Source: a virus (taxonomy: Duplodnaviria; Caudoviricetes). From it: DNA of 29,565 bases. The translations under genes were made by a program, and so were the position numbers. Below the pieces are notes generated by a model. It made no database searches. It saw only the letters and a program-made list of their open reading frames with translations, and had not been told where the DNA came from. Shown piece after piece: positions 26,117 through 29,565 of this stretch. The number at the start of each line of letters is the position of its first letter. Within the stretch, counting starts at the first letter, position 1. Where the stretch lies: IMG/VR virus record IMGVR_UViG_3300020299_000006, positions 1 to 29,565 of that record; one strand, 5' to 3'.

Positions 26117-26542
26117 TTAACTAACTGTTACAGTCCAAGTAATTGTCATTGAGTCAGACGAACCCTTATTTACAACTGAAAACACAGTTCTACAAAGTAA
26201 AGTACCTGAAGAAGAGGCATTTAAAATACCAGCTTCAGTTACAGCACCTGTACCAGTGCCTGCAGCAAAAGTAGCTGTGTAAGTTACAACAGCGCCTGAT
26301 ACAGCAGTACTAGTTAATGCAACACGACCTAGTTCACTTCCTAAAGCGGAATTACCAGCTGCAGCTGCAGTAGAACCACTTCCAATAGCCATGTGTGACA
26401 TAGCAGTTGCGGAAGCGTCTTTCATTCTAGAGGCAACATATTCTTTTCCATCAGTAACCACAAGGTTATCGATTTCTTGAACAGTCTCTCCATTAAGAGC
26501 AATTTTTAACTTACCTGTAAGTTTTAAACCGTCGTTTATCAT
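26117..26542 (-). CDS. Virion structural protein (tail-associated)
   Basis: NLVVTDG..HMAIGSG..L.SEL.R..VTEAGILNA..L.R.VFSVVNK..ITWTVT. Confidence 0.75.
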   Translation of the reverse strand: MINDGLKLTGKLKIALNGETVQEIDNLVVTDGKEYVASRMKDASATAMSHMAIGSGSTAAAAGNSALGSELGRVALTSTAVSGAVVTYTATFAAGTGTGAVTEAGILNASSSGTLLCRTVFSVVNKGSSDSMTITWTVTVS

Positions 26543-26557
26543 AAAATTTCTCCAATT

Positions 26558-28018
26558 TTAGTTTAATACACTAGTGTTAAATGCAGAGGTGTTAAGAACA
26601 CTGTTTGATCCGAGGATTAACTCCACATTTATCGACTCTGTTATTGTAGCACTATCTGATAATGATTTGCCAAGACTATGTATTAAACTTTCCGAGATAG
26701 AAGTGCTGTCTGTATAAACATTATCAGGGCCAGAAGCAAAGACATCAGCTAAACTTATAGTCTCACTAAAGGATGTTGAGAAAGAATAAGCAAGACTTTC
26801 TGTGATTGTAGGGGTATCTGCAGCACTGGTTGAAAAAGCAATGGCAGGGTCGCTATCACCAACACCTACAACATTACCTTTGTTAATGGTTACATCTGTT
26901 TGTAGATCATCAGACGCACTTGCTACATCATCAAGCGCGTAGCTGTCTGAAAAAGCCCGTACAAAAGCGGCTGTACGACTAAACGATTCGGACATTACCA
27001 CAGATTCAAGAACTTGCACGGTAATTGCACCCCCCATACCACTATGATTCGTGCAATAGTAATGTAAAGATCCTGGTGTAGATCCGGAAACTTCTATCTC
27101 TACGTACGCCCCGGAAGACCCTGGCGTACCGTTTACAGTTACGTCTGTTGTGTATGCGGAACCCCCGCCATGTGAGCCGTTTGCTGTTTCTGAAAACCTT
27201 AATGGATGCCCACTTACAGTAGAATGGGATAAATCAAACCTATAAGTTTTACCTACATCTAGCGTTAGTGCTGGGCTATTAACCCCATCAATATGATATT
27301 TATTACCCGAACCATAAGAGTTTGTTGCTGAAGCAACTGTTACCGTATAAGTAACCGTACCCCCTGTCGGTATTGGTTTGGCTACAGCTAATGCCTTGGC
27401 TTCAGATATAGTTGTTGTTTCAGAGTGCGGCACACTAAGACTAAATGCCGGTGTATCAGATACCGATACAGTTTCACTTTTAGCAGGGTTAATGCTAAGT
27501 ATTTCTGAATCACTAAAAGATAAAGTGTCGCTTTTTGTTGGCTCAATGCCTAATGCAGCGGCTTCACTTATTGAGCTACTGTCGCTAAACGCTGTACTAA
27601 AAGCAATCGCTGGTGAATCGCTAAGGGTAGGGGTCTCACTAAAAGCCCTTACGTACTGAACTACCTTGCTTAAAGATTCAGACACGCTAACTGTATCTGA
27701 TTTACCGCTAGCAAAAGCAAGCGCTGCTTCTTCTGCTATAGCAACCGTTTCTGTTTTAGTAGTTACAAAAGTTAAAGCTGGGGCGTCAGTTAAACTAAGG
27801 CTTTCAGCATTTGGATGTCCAACAAGAAAATAAAGATTTTTAGTGTCAGGATCTAATCTTATATCTGCAGCTGTAAGCTGTTGAAAAGCTACAATCTGTT
27901 TAAGATCTATAGAAGCTACAGTAGCTCTTAAATGTTGAAATAAATTTACAGACTCAGTGGAGTCTGTCTGAATTATCAGCCGTAGCTGTTGGTAGTCTAC
28001 GGTAAACTTGAATGCCAT
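26558..28018 (-). CDS. Repetitive structural protein with inserted cupredoxin-like domain
   Basis: Roughly 19-aa SET/SDT..SE repeats interrupted by TYRFD.S....GHPLRFS...LHYYCTNHSGMGG.I.V. Confidence 0.75.
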   Translation of the reverse strand: MAFKFTVDYQQLRLIIQTDSTESVNLFQHLRATVASIDLKQIVAFQQLTAADIRLDPDTKNLYFLVGHPNAESLSLTDAPALTFVTTKTETVAIAEEAALAFASGKSDTVSVSESLSKVVQYVRAFSETPTLSDSPAIAFSTAFSDSSSISEAAALGIEPTKSDTLSFSDSEILSINPAKSETVSVSDTPAFSLSVPHSETTTISEAKALAVAKPIPTGGTVTYTVTVASATNSYGSGNKYHIDGVNSPALTLDVGKTYRFDLSHSTVSGHPLRFSETANGSHGGGSAYTTDVTVNGTPGSSGAYVEIEVSGSTPGSLHYYCTNHSGMGGAITVQVLESVVMSESFSRTAAFVRAFSDSYALDDVASASDDLQTDVTINKGNVVGVGDSDPAIAFSTSAADTPTITESLAYSFSTSFSETISLADVFASGPDNVYTDSTSISESLIHSLGKSLSDSATITESINVELILGSNSVLNTSAFNTSVLN

Positions 28019-28392
28019 TAATCAAAGTCGTCACGGACTTTAAACTTAACTAGGTCTTGTACAGTCTGAATGTTGCCATCTGACTTAGTAAACTCTAACT
28101 CTCCTTCAAAAGTACCTGCCGTTGTCCAAGTCCCTGATGGGAATATTAACGTACACGTACCAGAAGAAGGCGCAGAGAGGGTGGCAGTTATTGTCTTTAA
28201 GACTGTAGTAGAACCTACTTCTCTAATCCTTAATTTGACAGCCCCGCCCGTTAAATTTATAGGAGCCCATGTTGAACTATCTTCTACGTCCAACGTAGCT
28301 CCAGAAGCTGCGGTATTACTGTCTTTTAAATTAAAAGTAAGTTCCGGTAATGTGTCCCCTACTACTAACTTTATTGTGTCTGAATATGCCAT
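28018..28392 (-). CDS. BppU N-terminal-like Ig-fold virion protein
   Basis: GDTLP.L...L.D..INLTG..V.L...G..EGELE....G.IQTV. Confidence 0.65.
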   Translation of the reverse strand: MAYSDTIKLVVGDTLPELTFNLKDSNTAASGATLDVEDSSTWAPINLTGGAVKLRIREVGSTTVLKTITATLSAPSSGTCTLIFPSGTWTTAGTFEGELEFTKSDGNIQTVQDLVKFKVRDDFD

Positions 28393-28397
28393 AATTT

Positions 28398-28406
28398 ATT
28401 CTACCA
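28398..28406 (-). promoter_or_regulatory. Extended -10 promoter candidate (leaderless transcript)
   Basis: TGGTAGAAT lies 5 nt upstream of ATG 28392, which has no SD. Confidence 0.5.
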
Positions 28407-28408
28407 TA

Positions 28409-29565
28409 TTAATTTTCTCTCAAGTTAAACTTGGAGGTGTTTAGCTGACTGTACGCTGGTACAAAGTCAAAAAAATCTGTATCTAAAGTCATTACGTCCC
28501 AAGCTCTTTCGGCGGTTGGTCCTGCTATAGGAATAAAGAAAGGATTGCCGTATCTTTTATCTTCCATAAATAAAGGCAAGGCTAGTGCGTAAGGGCCCAA
28601 TGCCCCCGATCTATCTACTACCTCAGACCAGTACTCTCCGCTAGACATAGACCTAGAAGCCCTGTAATTAGTATCTTGTGGAGACACGCCAGGTAACAAC
28701 CAAGACAGCCCTATCTTAAATCTTTCTCTTAAATCCCAACCTAACATAGTTAGGGGTAGTAAAAGTGCTGCACCAAATAGTAAAGGGGCTACAGCTGCTG
28801 ATATTCTGTTTTCGCGTCCAAATCGTGTTTCTCCTTCTCTAAACAAACCACCTACTATGTTTTTACCATACGCATAGTAAAAAGACTTAAGTTGCCACAC
28901 TAAAGCAAAATTAGGATCAGAAGCCCAAATAGGTCTTTCTGCAGCGTTTGGTCTAACAATAGCCTCATCAACAAATCTGCCTAAAGCAGTTTTTATTTTA
29001 GGGTGATTGTCTATGTTTTTACCATCCCAAGCTTTTACATCTTCGGCGGTGAGATTTAATTCTTTTAAAAATCGTTTTGATTCTAATGTTTTGAAGTCGC
29101 CTGGAACTCCGTTTTCAACTATTTTTTGGTGTTTCAATAAGAAATCTCTACCCATACCAGCTGCAAACTTCCTAGTAAAGATAGTCCAACGTTCTAACTG
29201 AGTAACTCTAAACCATCTGTCACTTATATTTTTAGAATAATCGTAAGCGCTATCTAACTCACCAGAGTATAGAATAGTTGTAGCTGCAGCTTGTACGCCA
29301 TTAACACCAATTGACTTAGCAAGTTCTGCTCCCTCATTTTTATTACCCACAGCTTGATATAAGTTTCGAGCTATTATTTTTAAGTCAAAGTTTCTAGTAC
29401 GTAGGATAGGCCCAGCTGCGTCTGGAACAGAAGCAAAGACAGCCATACCTAGTAGAGTAAGAACATTTAAAGCTTGTAAAGAACTATTGGTATGTCTCCA
29501 AATATCATTTTCTATTGGATTAATTTTACCTAACATAGCATTTACTGCTTCTTTAGCATGCGCTC
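28409..29565 (-). CDS. C-terminal part of a large helical protein, probably an internal virion/ejection protein (5'-truncated)
   Basis: Frame is open to the window end. P...ERP.W.SDP...VWQLKSF.Y, helical with hydrophobic segments. Function is inferred. Confidence 0.65.
   Translation of the reverse strand, partial: AHAKEAVNAMLGKINPIENDIWRHTNSSLQALNVLTLLGMAVFASVPDAAGPILRTRNFDLKIIARNLYQAVGNKNEGAELAKSIGVNGVQAAATTILYSGELDSAYDYSKNISDRWFRVTQLERWTIFTRKFAAGMGRDFLLKHQKIVENGVPGDFKTLESKRFLKELNLTAEDVKAWDGKNIDNHPKIKTALGRFVDEAIVRPNAAERPIWASDPNFALVWQLKSFYYAYGKNIVGGLFREGETRFGRENRISAAVAPLLFGAALLLPLTMLGWDLRERFKIGLSWLLPGVSPQDTNYRASRSMSSGEYWSEVVDRSGALGPYALALPLFMEDKRYGNPFFIPIAGPTAERAWDVMTLDTDFFDFVPAYSQLNTSKFNLREN

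Noticed and set aside
14523-28018. Diversity-generating retroelement or invertible tail-fibre cassette
   Set aside because: No reverse transcriptase or invertase, and no near-identical TR/VR pair or flanking inverted repeats was noticed by eye.
68-29201. Numerous short antisense or nested ORFs (for example 68-388, 2382-2597, 9260-9526, 15928-16254, 28070-28444)
   Set aside because: They overlap well-supported genes and have no recognisable motifs or RBS.
1-29565. CRISPR array or cas operon suggested by the Cas4-like nuclease
   Set aside because: No repeat-spacer array or other cas genes were seen. Solo Cas4-like nucleases are common in phage replication modules.

Overview
This is a fragment of an AT-rich tailed dsDNA bacteriophage genome, probably marine. 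A gammaproteobacterial host is inferred only from the CsrA homologue and the two-component spanins. Two arms converge at about 7711-7770. The plus arm (1-7711) is a replication module: family A DNA polymerase (5'-truncated, Leu762 variant), CsrA-like regulator, primase-SF3 helicase, Cas4-like nuclease, SNF2 helicase, putative SSB, VRR-NUC nuclease and DUF3310. The minus arm (29565 to 7770) carries virion and tail genes, a GH24 endolysin, basic microproteins and a spanin pair. It ends in a tightly coupled accessory cassette (12861 to 7770) of membrane and exported proteins, including an Asn/Thr-ladder protein, a NIDO-domain hyperacidic protein and an SNase-like nuclease. The most interesting observation is that this cassette has its own extended -10 promoter candidate and a canonical CsrA-type hairpin in its leader, while the phage encodes its own CsrA. 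All family calls come from reading motifs by eye; no database search was run.
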